64,000 bases of DNA, taken from assembly GCF_026571515.1 (NCBI RefSeq), contig NW_026866038.1, forward strand, positions 62,001 to 126,000. The letters are read 5' to 3'. The notes below the pieces were generated by a model, which was not told the origin of the DNA, did not search any database, and saw only the letters and a list, made by a program, of their open reading frames with translations. This stretch comes from Ruditapes philippinarum. Lineage: Eukaryota. Of this stretch, positions 52,191 through 64,000 are shown piece by piece (the stretch's first letter is position 1; every line of letters begins with the position of its first letter). The translations under genes and the position numbers were made by a program.

Positions 52191-53384
52191 GTTCATCGTC
52201 AAATGAAGCTTTTAAAATCAGCTCCTTTAAATAACGTTACGCTTTAGGATCTGACATCCACCCATAGGTAGTCACCTTCTCGTTGCCAATCATTGGCGTG
52301 CTCTCTCTATTTTGAAGGCGATCCGGTTTCCAATTTAACCATTGGAAAACCAATAATGAGAAGGTAAGTTTCACACATTTATCACTAGCAACCTTTATCA
52401 CTATACAACCTCTCGTTGTACTTCTTAATCATCATTTGAATTCAAGCTGTATTTTAAAGGCATTTTAAACATGTATGTATACATGTTTACATAGTTATCA
52501 GTTCCTTGCTTGCGAAAGTGCCGTGCTTCGAAGGTTAAACTACCGCTACCACCACCACTAACACAAAATCGTATTTTACCTTCGAGTCGACGGATTTTCT
52601 GCAAAAGATGGTCCGAGTGGGTGCATTCAGCAGGTGCGCGACGACGTAGTAGTCTACCATTGTAACACCACCAAGCATTATTTCGGTCAAGAGCAGGCGC
52701 CTGAAAAGAATCACTGATCCAGCTACATGGATTGAGCTCTTCCATACATGTAATAATCCAAAGACCGTAGCGGGATTGGAATCAACGTGTGCAACGACCG
52801 TTACCACTCTTCCGGAGAGATTCTCAATATAAAACTATACAATACAACGTCAATACACATTGATGAGCAAAACAAGGTGTGGAATATGGTAAAATAATTA
52901 ACCATTGTATGTAATTCATCAGCCGAAAATGATCGTATTTTCATTAGAAATCTTAAAAGAATTTAGTAGGCTACAAACTAGTTGAATACAACACTATTCA
53001 TAAAAGAAAGAAGTAGATCAAGTAAAAAACAACAACAAAAAAAACACAAAAAAAACACACAAACAACAGAAGAGTAGTAAAAGTTTAAAATCACAGACAC
53101 AGTTTTTTTAAGTTTGTACACGATGGTTCATTGAAAGAAGTCGACTAGAGACAGAAACGGCCTGCCATAAATTACAGTATGCATATTTTCATTATGCATT
53201 GGTCTTTGAAATTGAAAACGATTTCCGTCTTTATGGTAAAAATTTAACTGAAGTGGGTTCATTAATTTTAATGTTGTTAACAACTTTTGTTGATTCCTTC
53301 TTTTTACGTAAACGAGGAAAATTCCAAAAAGCCACTTCATTTATTTTTAAGAGGTTCCGTGAAGACTTCCGCGAGAACATGCAG

Positions 53385-53450
53385 TATATAAAAACTGACC
53401 GGTTAATTGTTTATCATATACTTATATTGTAAAAAGCACAAAATTGCAGG
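53385..53450 (+). promoter_or_regulatory. TATA box and probable non-coding exon 1 of gene C
   Basis: TATATAAAAA at 53385, TCA at 53414, donor CAGG|GTGCGT at 53450/53451, acceptor TCTAG ending at 53560. Confidence 0.6.
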
Positions 53451-53569
53451 GTGCGTGCTGATTATTATATGCATTCTATAATTTGATTTATAGGAAAAGC
53501 CATAAACTTCCAGATTTTCATTTTATTTCATATTTTTATATATTCTTTGCTGGTGTCTAGGTTGCAAAA

Positions 53570-54686
53570 ATGAAGTTAACAACTTTGATTGCAGTCGGCG
53601 TTCTTGTGGCAATGTTTGCAAGCGTCTCTTGGGCAGATTCCTCGTCCTCGGAAGAGGTAAGCATAATTATGTCTTATCAATCTTTTTATTCTATATAAAC
53701 AAGTATAGGATTTTTGAATTAGAAAAAAAAACTAGAAAAGAAACAAATAATTTGTTTGTTTGATTGGTGTTTACGCAAATTTTATATGGTCATATCTCGG
53801 AAAGCGATTCACTTAAAGGGTTTTCCCGGATAATTGACCAGTAATTAACAATTGCTTCTTATGTGACCGGCTACTTATCCCACATGGTTTTTGAATCAGC
53901 TGTGAGAGACAAGTGTCTGTGGAAAACATTCGTCTCTATCGAGGACCCCTTGATTAAAAGAAAGTTTTATGTTGTCCGTATTGAGCTTAGAGAGATAAAA
54001 AGAACAAATAAACACGCACAAAACATAACATAACAACGTTTAATACAAGTTCGTGATCTTAACTGTGGTCGCCAACAACAAGTCACTAAACGTTAAAATT
54101 TCACCAGGAATGCTTGAGTTTGACATCTGAGGAATATATACACCAAATATCGATGATTTTTCACAGGATATTTATGGTAAAACTTGAAAAAAGAAGGAAT
54201 TATAATTTATACATAAACAATAAACTTGTTGCGTTTACCTCAACAAATAACGAAATAAATGATGGATCTAATAGATCTAATATAATACATTTAAGTATAT
54301 ACCGTGGATACTCATAGGCAAGAATGGTTACGCATTATTTTTCTTAAGAAAAAACTACATGCTAAAACCAATAATGCAATAAGATTAAACTCAATACATG
54401 TTGTAGTTCATTTTTTATATCATTATTAAACATCTTGATTTCATTTTTAAAACAGAGGGATCGCTATTACGAAGGCTATGGGCGAGGTTATCCCTCAGAG
54501 AACATCCAACAGGGTGGCCGTTACTTTGGCGACAGAGACCTTGACCGTCGCCACCACTTCCATCGTAATCCTTTTCGAGAGGACCGTCACTACTACAATG
54601 TGCACGGAGGGAGACCTAGATACGTGAATAGGGACAGCAGCGATTCAGCATCTATTGACTGGGATGAGTTTCTCATAGCTTTGTAA
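53570..54686 (+). CDS. Small secreted R/Y/G/H-rich protein C, candidate phosphoprotein (105 aa), repeat-less paralogue of A/B
   Basis: join(53570..53656, 54456..54686), phase-0 GTAAGC...AACAG intron. MKLTTLIAVGVLVAMFASVSWADSSSSEE|RDRYYEGYGRGYPSENIQQGGRYFGDRDLDRRHHFHRNPFREDRHYYNVHGGRPRYVNRDSSDSASIDWDEFLIAL*. The last 38 aa align without gaps to the A/B tail. Confidence 0.88.
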
Positions 54687-54959
54687 GTCTCTTATTTTCC
54701 AGATATTTTTATATTCGCAACAGTAATTTGTAACCGGTAGGTAATATGTACCAAACGTTTCATAGCGCAAAGAGATATTGCCAATTTTGCCATACCTACC
54801 AACCTACCTACCGACCGACCTAGCTTCTTTTGGTTGCCAATGCTCTATTTTTCTTTTCTTTTTTCTTTTGTTGTCAGTGCTCTAGAGGGTTCTCCTAAGT
54901 CCCATAATTTCAATATCTGCTTTCATATTTGCTTTAAACTGCTTTCATATTTGCTTTAA

Positions 54960-55335
54960 TTTAAAAAGGAAAATGTTGCGTATATTGTTTGATAGACTTG
55001 TGCTGATAGCACGTTTTTATGGAATTAGAAGCATAAATTTTATATACATGTTTTCTACACACGGTAAGCTTCTAAGAGGTTGTTTTAGTGCTTTAAAGTC
55101 ATTATATCATTTTGAGTAAGATTACATGGCATGTATACAGATTGGTTTTATGATTCATGTGGTTTTCGTCAAGGATGTGCCTTATCGCCTTTGTTATTTT
55201 ATCTATTTTGAAATGTTCTAACTGTACAGATAAAAGCTACCAGTAGAGGTGTTCACATATACACCGTTTAAGGTTGTATTTCCTTATATGCCGATGATGT
55301 TGTGATAATTTCTGAGAAAGAATCAGATCTGCAAT
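54960..55335 (+). mobile_element. LINE reverse-transcriptase fragment
   Basis: Decayed translation LKSLY...VRLHGMYTDWF...GFRQGCALSPLLF...LYADDVVIISEKESDLQ. Confidence 0.8.
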
Positions 55336-55539
55336 ATTTATGAAGTATGAAGAAGTGAAATAGTTTTTAAATCATCATCTGTGGCAAGATCAACACAACT
55401 CTATGAACAGGCTCAATCAAAGAGCCTGCAACATGTTCAATTTTGTCGTTTTGAGCGTTCTTTGGGGATTCCGTTTTTCTCTGTTTTACACCTGGTCAAC
55501 ATAGTTTAAATATTGTCAAACAGTACTCTTATATCAGTA

Positions 55540-56178
55540 TTCGTTCAGATAAGCATTTAGGTTTTGGGAAAACTGCCAAATGTGTTGAAAAAATTCGTTC
55601 AGATGAGCATTTAGGTTTTGGGAAAACTGCCAAATGTGTTGAAAAAAATCGTTCAGATAATCATTTAGGTTTTGGGAAAACTGCCAAATGTGTTGAAAAA
55701 ATTCGTTCAGATGAGCATTTAGGTTTTGGGAAAACTGCCAAATGTGTTGAAAAAAATTCGTTCAGAGAAGCATTTAGGTTTTGGGAAAACTGCCAAATGT
55801 ATTGAAAAAATTCGTTCAGATGAGCATTTAGGTTTGGGAAAACTGCCCAAATGTGTTGAAAAAATTCGTTCAGATAAGCATTTAGGTTTTGGGAAAACTG
55901 CCAAATGTGTTGAAAAAATTCGTTCAGATGAGCATTTAGGTTTTGGGAAAACTGCCAAATGTGTTGAAAAAATTCGTTCAGATAAGCATTTAGGTTTTGG
56001 GAAAACTGCCAAATGTGTTGAAAAAATTCGTTCAGATGAGCATTTAGGTTTTGGGAAACTGCCAAATGTGTTGAAAAAATTCGTTCAGATAAGCATTTAG
56101 GTTTTGGGAAAACTGCCAAATGTGTTGAAAAAATTCGTTCAGATGAGCATTTAGGTTTTGGGAAAACTGCCAAATGTT
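55540..56178. repeat. 54-bp minisatellite (~12 copies) with dimeric alternation
   Basis: Unit TTCGTTCAGAT(A/G)AGCATTTAGGTTTTGGGAAAACTGCCAAATGTGTTGAAAAAA. Confidence 0.95.
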
Positions 56179-57798
56179 TTGCACAAAGTGCACAAAGATA
56201 ATAGGCCAAATCGTGCTGTCGTAAAAATTGGTTTAACCTTAAAAGGCATTCCCTCGAGACATTCTGACTCCGCTATCAAAAATCATAGAGCGCAACCAAA
56301 TTAATGAATATTGTAGGTAAAAACTTGATAATACATGTTTGTAAATGCAAAAAATGGAATAAATTCAAAAAATAATTTTTTTAAATTATGTGAAAATTTA
56401 CAAAAATTTTTATAAATTAAAAAATTTTAAAGGTATTAATAAAAGGAAAATCAAGTGTCAATCATATGGGGTTAAAAGTCTATTTGGAAAGGGGGATTTT
56501 AAAGCAAGTTTTAAAAGAAAAGGGTTTTAAAAAAAATCATAAAATTTTTTTCTAAAAACAAAAAAAAATAAAAAAATCCCTAAAAAAAAACAAACACAAA
56601 ATTAAAATGTTGCAGGTTTGGGGTTACTGGGCCCGTTTTGGGGGGTAGAAAGTGAGTTTCGTCAAAGCTCAAAACGGGTTAAAAGGATTCAAAAACAAAA
56701 TTTTGAAAACCCGTAAATTTTTACGATTTTTGCCGCAAGGGGGACTAATTAAAAAGGGGGCCCTTTCGTAAAAATGGGATAATTACTGGTTAGTTAATCA
56801 GAAAACCGGTAATGTGGACCAACCGCTGAGATTTGACCAAAAAATGTATTAAAATCGCTATAAAAACAGGAAAAAAAGAATTAACAAAAATAAAAATCTT
56901 ATTTCTTTTCAGGTTAAATGACCTATTTTAGAAGAAACAGAAAGAAGAGGTGCTCTCCAATGAGTGTCGGGATATGTAACAATAATCCAAACTGACAACA
57001 TGATTTTCTAACTGACAACACTATTTTTCAACTGACAACATTATTTTCAACGTTACAACATGTTTTAAAATAAACTATTTTACAATTTCAAAGTCAATAA
57101 AATATTTAAATCCTAAAATCTAGTTATTTAATATAGGAAAATACGCTATACGACGTAATCCTATCCTATGCAAACCACCTGCGAAATTAAATAGATGATA
57201 TCATAATCATGCACAAGGACCGAAGCCAGGACATGTCATCTGGAAAAGGACTTTGTTTAAAACCCAAAACGATAAACGATACTCCTCCCTAAAAGGGTGT
57301 TGTTTTACAAACGTTTACTTATCCAGGCAAGTTGCTTATAATAACTATCACATGTAACAGAAAATAGTAATCTGGGGTCTCCAAGATATTCGCACACTTT
57401 GGACATTTGACCTTGAATGTTAAGGTAATTTATGGATGAAGGCCAAGGTAAGTCTGGTCTACTAAAAGGCCTTGTCCCACAAATATGATCAAGGTAACGT
57501 GGACGGCAACGGCAACGCCGACATGACTGTAACAAAACCTCTATTTATTTATTTATTATTAAAGGTCAAGCTAAAAATGACCCAAAATTGAAAAGCGTTG
57601 CAACGTTTTTAAATCCAATCGGACTAAGAATAGCACATAAAAAATTTCTTCAGTTCATTTTTTGTAATATTTCTTAATTATCTTTTGCGTATCTTTCTAG
57701 CAGATCTACGAAAGTAATTTATATTTTGATATAGGCTTTGGACCTCAGAGGTGCTTTAAATACAGTTACTGTAAAAAAACGATGTTATGATAAATCAC

Positions 57799-60700
57799 TG
57801 TGATAAAACTAAAATTTAAAATATTGAAATAGACAAAATATTTCTCTGTATATTTTTACAAATTATGATTAATGTCTTACATTAACTTTCTATCTGGGTT
57901 TTACAAATATGGCGGAAGCTTCGGGGATTATAGGGGATAAAAACATGTGTAAATCCTGTATTTCCAAAGCATTACAGGGGATTAGCGAGGGTTACTGGCG
58001 ACAGTTTATCAGGCCGGTATATTACGTATATATTTCGGTTGAAAAATTGAGTTTGAAGTGTCGATAACAAAGTGGGATTTATTGGTAAATTTTCCTAAAA
58101 AGTAATCGATGAGGTAAATCCCAATTTTCTTTTTTTAAACGTATATATAAGTTCTCATTTAAGAAGGACTGCATTATAACTGATGCCAACCCCGACCACC
58201 TCCTTCTCTTTAAAAAAAAGCCCACTAGCAAATCAAAACTCATTGTTAAATTATCATGACAGATTTTTAGAAAAGTTCAATAACTGCTTTGCTATTAGAA
58301 TGGATTACTTTTTTGGTATTTTCCCTTAGATAAATATCCTAAAACAAGTAATTATCTGATAACAAAAATCTGCTGGTGAGGCCTTTCATTTTTCTACAAA
58401 ATGACAAATCAAAAGTCATATTTACTAGATAAAGTTGAAAAGAAATTATATTAAAATATGTTTAATACAATTTGGTATGAGTTAATACAGTGAGGAAAGA
58501 TTGATAAGTATTGCTTGATATTTTGAAGCTGTCTTTTCTCATTTTACTTGTGTGTATGTCTTAGAAATATTATTCAACCATCTTTTAAATTAAAGAAATA
58601 CATCTGATTGGTCAGTTTGTCTGAAAATAAATGGCTTTGACAATTTGTGTAGAATTGGAGTAGCGTTTATTGAACGCCGCTTTCCTTGTTGATCTTGTTT
58701 ATCATATTTTATAAAGGAGCCGTTATGCAAGGGAGGCAAACTAAAGCGTAAAATTTTCCAAAAGCAAAACAGTTATGAATCTTTGTCTTGTCGAGTTATG
58801 TAATACAATGAAAGTTGATTTACTGCATATTGTTGTGAAAAAAATGCAACAAAATTATGTCATCGCAACGAGTTTTGCAATAAGTTATAAATAATAGCAA
58901 AACTCGTTTTATTGCAAAACCGGTTGTAACAAGGCTGCGATAAAAATTAAATTTAAAATATTGAAATAGACAAAATATTTCTCTGTATATTTTTACAAAT
59001 TATGATTAATGTCTTACATTAACTTTCTATCTGGGTTTTACAAATATGGCGGAAGCTTCGGGGATTATAGGGGATAAAAACATGTGTAAATCCTGTATTT
59101 CCAAAGCATTACAGGGGATTAGCGAGGGTTACTGGCGACAGTTTATCAGGCCGGTATATAACGTATATATTTCGGCTAGAAAAATTGAGTTTGAAGTGTC
59201 GATAACAAAGTGGGATTTATTGGTAAATTTTTCTAAAAAGTAATCGATGAGGTAAATCCCAATTTTCTTTTTTTAAACGTATATATAAGTTCTCATTTAA
59301 GAAGGACTGCATTATAACTGATGCCAACCCCGACCACCTCCTTCTCTTTAAAAAAAAGCCCACTAGCAAATCAAAACTCATTGTTAAATTATCATGACAG
59401 ATTTTTAGAAAAGTTCAATAACTGCTTTGCTATTAGAATGGATTACTTTTTTGGTATTTTCCCTTAGATAATTATTCTAAAACACGAAATTAACTGATAA
59501 CAAAAATCTGCTTGTGATGCCTTTCATTTTTCTACAAATTTACAAATAAAAAATCATATTTACTAGATAAAGTTCAAAAAAAAATATATAAAAAAATGTT
59601 TAATACAATTTGGTATGAGTTAATACAGTGAGGAAAGATTGATAAGTATTGCTTGATATTTTGAAGCTGTCTTTTCTCATTTTACTTGTGTGTATGTCTT
59701 AGAAATATTATTCAACCATCTTTTAAATTAAAGAAATACATCTGATTGGTCAGTTTGTCTGAAAATAAATGGCTTTGACAATTTGTGTAGAATTGGAGTA
59801 GCGTTTATTGAACGCCGCTTTCCTTGTTGATCTTGTTTATCATATTTTATAAAGGAGCCGTTATGCAAGGGAGGCAAACTAAAGCGTAAAATTTTCCAAA
59901 AGCAAAACAGTTATGAATCTTTGTCTTGTCGAGTTATGTAATACAATGAAAGTTGATTTACTGCATATTGTTGTGAAAAAATGCAACAAAATTATGTCAT
60001 CGCAACGAGTTTTGCAATAAGTTATAAATAATAGCAAAACTCGTTTTATTGCAAAACCGTTGTAACAAGGCTGCGATAAAAATTAAATTTAAAATATTGA
60101 AATAGACAAAATATTTCTCTGTATATTTTTACAAATTATGATTAATGTCTTACATTAACTTTCTATCTGGGTTTTACAAATATGGCGGAAGCTTCGGGGA
60201 TTATAGGGGATAAAAACATGTGTAAATCCTGTATTTCCAAAGCATTACAGGGGATTAGCGAGGGTTACTGGCGACAGTTTATCAGGCCGGTATATAACGT
60301 ATATATTTCGGCTAGAAAAATTGAGTTTGAAGTGTCGATAACAAAGTGGGATTTATTGGTAAATTTTTCTAAAAAGTAATCGATGATGTAAATCCCAATT
60401 TTCTTTTTTTAAACGTATATTCATAAGTTCTCATTTAAGAAGGACTGCATTATAACTGATGCCCAATCCCTCCCCCCCCCTCCCCCCAAATCCCCCTCTT
60501 AAAAAAACCCCTAGGGAAATCAAAAAATCTGATAAAAATCATTGTTAAATTTTCATGAAATAATTTTTGGGAAAAATTCAATAACTGCTTTTCTTTTAAA
60601 AAATGGAATTTTACTTTTTTTGGGGATTTTCCCTTTTGATAAATATCCTAAAAAAACCGGGAATTATCTGATAACAAAAAAATCGCTAGTGGGGCCTAGC

Positions 60701-62130
60701 ATTTTTCTCAAATTGACCCAATTTAAAAGTCAATTAAATAGTAAAGGTTTAAAAAAAATTATATAAAAATTGTTTTTTACAATTTAATATTTTTTAGCCA
60801 TTGGGGTTTTAAAATTTCATTTTGGGGAAGTTGATAAGTAGTGATTTGTACATGTAAATAGATACTTTGAAACTGCCTTTTCTCATTGTACTTATGTGTA
60901 TTAAAAAATCATCTTTTTTAAGTAAAGAAATAAATCTGAATGGTAAGTTTGTCTTAAAATAAATGGATTTTTACAATTGTGTAGAATGTTTTATAATGGG
61001 AGTCATTATGAAGGGGAGGCAAACTAAACTGTAAAATTTTCCAAAAGCTAAACAGTTATGAATCCTTGTCTGTTGAATTATGTAATACAATGAAAGTTGA
61101 TTTACGACACATAAAATTTCAATTGTTTTTTTTTTTTTAAACATGATTCTTGGTTTAAGTTTTCTTCCATTTTTTAAAATTTATAATGTTGGAGAAAATA
61201 AAAATAAATGGATCGAAAATTTGAAAAATTAATAACAATAACTTGAAAGAATTGTGGATAAACATAAATCACACTTTCTTATCGACATATCAAATCTTCA
61301 TTTTTCCGGTGTGTCTTATGCGTATCTTTCTGTTTTGTGTGCCCAGGCTATCTAGAGAGATATTCAAATTTTGCTTTTAGGCTTTTGGACCTTAGTGGGG
61401 AATTGTTAAATTTACAATTACTTTTAATTTACCACTGCATATTTATTCAACCGACACAAACAAACGGATGACGGATAAGAGACTTTATATAAAATAAAAC
61501 TTTTAATATGGAAATAGAAAAAAATTTTCTCAGCATATTTTTAAAAATTTATGAAATTTAAGTTCCCTTACATTAACTATTCTATCTGGATTTTTACCAA
61601 ATATGGGCGAAAGCTTCGGCGATTATAGGGGATTTAAAAAAAAAAAATTTTCTTTGTGTATATTCCCCCCCGGGGGGGGGGGGGGCCAACTTTTTTTCCC
61701 AAAGCAATACAGGGATTAGCAAGGGTTACTGCGCGACAGTTTACAAAGGATTGGTTATTATAACTTATAATTTTTTGAAAAAATGGTTTTGAATAGTTTT
61801 TGGGATAACAAAGTTCGAGTTATTGGGGTTTAATTTTTTCTTATAGAAAAAGAATAGATATGGTCTTTGAAACGTAATTTTTAAGATGCTCAATTTTAAG
61901 AAGGACTGTTAACAAATGAATGCCAACTTCAACAGGGCCCCCGACCCCCCCTTCATCTCTTTAAAAAAAATGACAGCTAGCAAACCAATACTCATTGACA
62001 TGTTTAATAAAAGTTCAATAACTGCTTTGCTATTAGAAAATATTTCTTTTTTGGGGATTTTCCCCTTTGATAATTAATTTTACCCAATCCCTAAGTCTAT
62101 TTAGTAGATAAAAGCTGGAAAAAAAAAAAT
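57799..62130. repeat. ~1.14-kb tandem repeat (two clean copies, then two progressively degraded)
   Basis: AAATATGGCGGAAGCTTCGGGGATTATAGGGG near 57905, 59042 and 60178, with a variant near 61599. Confidence 0.9.
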
Positions 62131-64000
62131 ATATTGAAATATTTTTGAATACCAATTTTTTTGGAACATTGTTTTAAAATAAGCCATGAGTTAAAAAATG
62201 TTTGGGGCCGTTAAAAAGTCGGGAACCCCGGGTAAAAAGTCGCACTTGCCGCTAAATGTCGCACCAAATTTACCTTTAAAGTCTCAACCGCCGTAAAAGT
62301 CGCAAAACATTTCCGTTAAAATTTGCAATGGTTTTAACGGGGTTTAAAAGTCCGGGGACGAATTTCCCCTACCGGTTTAAAAAGTCGGGAACATACCGTT
62401 AAAAAAGTGCCCAAAAATTTTAAATTCTTGTTAAAAAAAAGTTTAAAATAGAATTTTATTCTTTTTAAAATTCTCATAGTTTTTTTTAATTATAATTGCC
62501 ATTTCACAAAAATTATCTTTTTTCTTACTTGGTTTTCTTTAATTACTATTTTTAATTGATCTTTAGGCTAGGGAAAAAAAATTGAACTAAAATTTTCAAA
62601 AGATAAGGGATTTTTCTTTTGTTTAACATTTTCATTTGTTTAAACCCTGATTGACAAAAGAAAAAAAGGTATTAAAGGTATTTTCACTTTTTCAGGGGGG
62701 TTTGGGGGGTTTTTAAATAATTTCATTTATTTTTTCCCCGAAACCCACCGGGTTTACTTTTAACGTGGTTTTTGTTGTTAACTAATTTATCATATGGGGG
62801 GCAACATCAAAAGGCAGATAATCCCAGTTTTTATTTTTTCCATGTTATTCCCCTTAATTTTTTTTTCTCTAAATTTTTTCAAATTTTTAAATATTTTACT
62901 TTTTAAAAAATTAAAAAATTATTTTTTTATGAAAGACTAATGCATTTCTAAAGGAAACAGATGACCCTGAAAGGTTTTTTTTTCTAAAATATTCTCCCCC
63001 TTTTTAAAATATTTTCAAAAAAAAAAAACAAAAAAAAAAAAAAAAAAAAAGAAAAAAAAACAAAAAAAAAAAACATCCCAAATATTAACTTCAACGTGAA
63101 ATTTGATTTAATATCAAGGCAAATTTTTTATTTTCAACAGCAACGGCAAATACGAAAAGACGTGAAAAACATAGTATGAAATGCACCCGTCAAATACGAA
63201 ATGACGCAAAAATTCATAGAGTACCTTATCAATGTAAGTATCGTATCCGCATCGGTGCTAGATATTGAGCGATTTTACGTATAATATGCACCGCGAACTT
63301 TTTGAAGCATGCCAGCCGATAGAGCGACGTGACTTGTACTCGTACCTTGTTGTTCATTTTCCCAGGTGGCCCCAACTTAAAATATGATCAGTCTTTCGAT
63401 AATTACTTAAAATCGAGTCCCGTATATGGTGTGCTAACACACTTTGGCACGTTAAAGAAAGGGGAACTCTTCTGAAATCGAGGATCTTTCTATATCTGTA
63501 ACTGCATTTGCCAAACCACTATTATCGCTTTGACATCATGTGCAAGTGATATTTCACTGCCAAGTTCTCTTATACTATAGAAAAAATTCTCAGTAAACTA
63601 TCATATAATAAGAATACAAATAATTGATTAAGCTCATATTGGCCTTGCTGTTTGGAGAAGATAATATCTCCCTGCAGTTTGCCATACCGGGGCTTAGACC
63701 TTCCCGCGCAAGGCACAATACCTGCTACAAAAAATGTACGACCTTTTGTACGTCAGGCGTAATCGTGTGGACGTGCCCACGTTTAACCGGAAGAATGACA
63801 AATTTAAATTTAAAGTATCAATGTATATCATGTATTATCTTTGTCGTGTATGTTTAGCATCCTATAGACTTTTGTATCATAAACTAATATTTATAATTAT
63901 ATAAGAATGATCTATATATTTCAAGTTATAAATTTGTAATCGTAAATTAACCAATATTCTGGACATAATGCTGATCCTTTATGTGATTTCTTCGTTATCG

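Noticed and set aside
53750-53960. SINE remnant in gene C intron 2
   Set aside because: Only a faint resemblance to a bivalve SINE tail; too decayed to support without a search.
55661-56209. Repetitive ORFs of 97-182 aa
   Set aside because: Produced by the 54-bp (multiple of 3) minisatellite on both strands; homopolymer indels switch frames freely.
59046-59243. 65-aa ORF repeated at 60182
   Set aside because: Identity reflects the tandem repeat; the first copy has an indel, and there is no recognisable domain.
60450-63080. G/C/A homopolymer tracts as regulatory or G-quadruplex features (also 56300..56900)
   Set aside because: Comparison with clean repeat copies shows homopolymer inflation, i.e. 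sequencing error.

Overview
AT-rich eukaryotic genomic DNA, most likely from a bivalve mollusc. That assignment is an inference from the perlucin-like lectins, an intronless B-box/beta-propeller gene, V-SINE-like elements and pearl/Helentron-like repeats. The backbone is a tandem segmental duplication in three copies. Each unit holds a 4-exon perlucin-like C-type lectin gene on the minus strand, arranged head-to-head with a 3-exon gene on the plus strand for a secreted acidic protein that I do not recognise. That protein is built of 24-aa repeats (VRNYxVEDGGxGDxxYHEVDxDGN) and ends in a Ser-rich/DWDDFL tail. Unit 1 has lost the repeat-protein gene except its 3' UTR. Unit 2 has a mutated splice donor that may be rescued by an in-frame upstream donor. 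Unit 3 looks intact. A repeat-less paralogue at 53.6-54.7 kb has a statherin/histatin-like layout (signal peptide, DSSSSEE, phase-0 intron, then an R/Y/G/H-rich region). Together these form a candidate biomineralisation or mucosal-secretion gene cluster; the function is inference only. Inserted elements include a young Bel/Pao LTR retrotransposon (LTRs identical by eye, 5-bp TSD), a decayed Ty3/Gypsy element, a frameshifted B-box/TRIM-like gene, LINE and SINE fragments, MITE/Helentron-like elements and several tandem arrays. Parts of the window (about 3.8-4.7 kb, 56.3-56.9 kb and 60.4-63.1 kb) look like low-quality long-read sequence. All comparisons were made by eye, and repeat boundaries are approximate.
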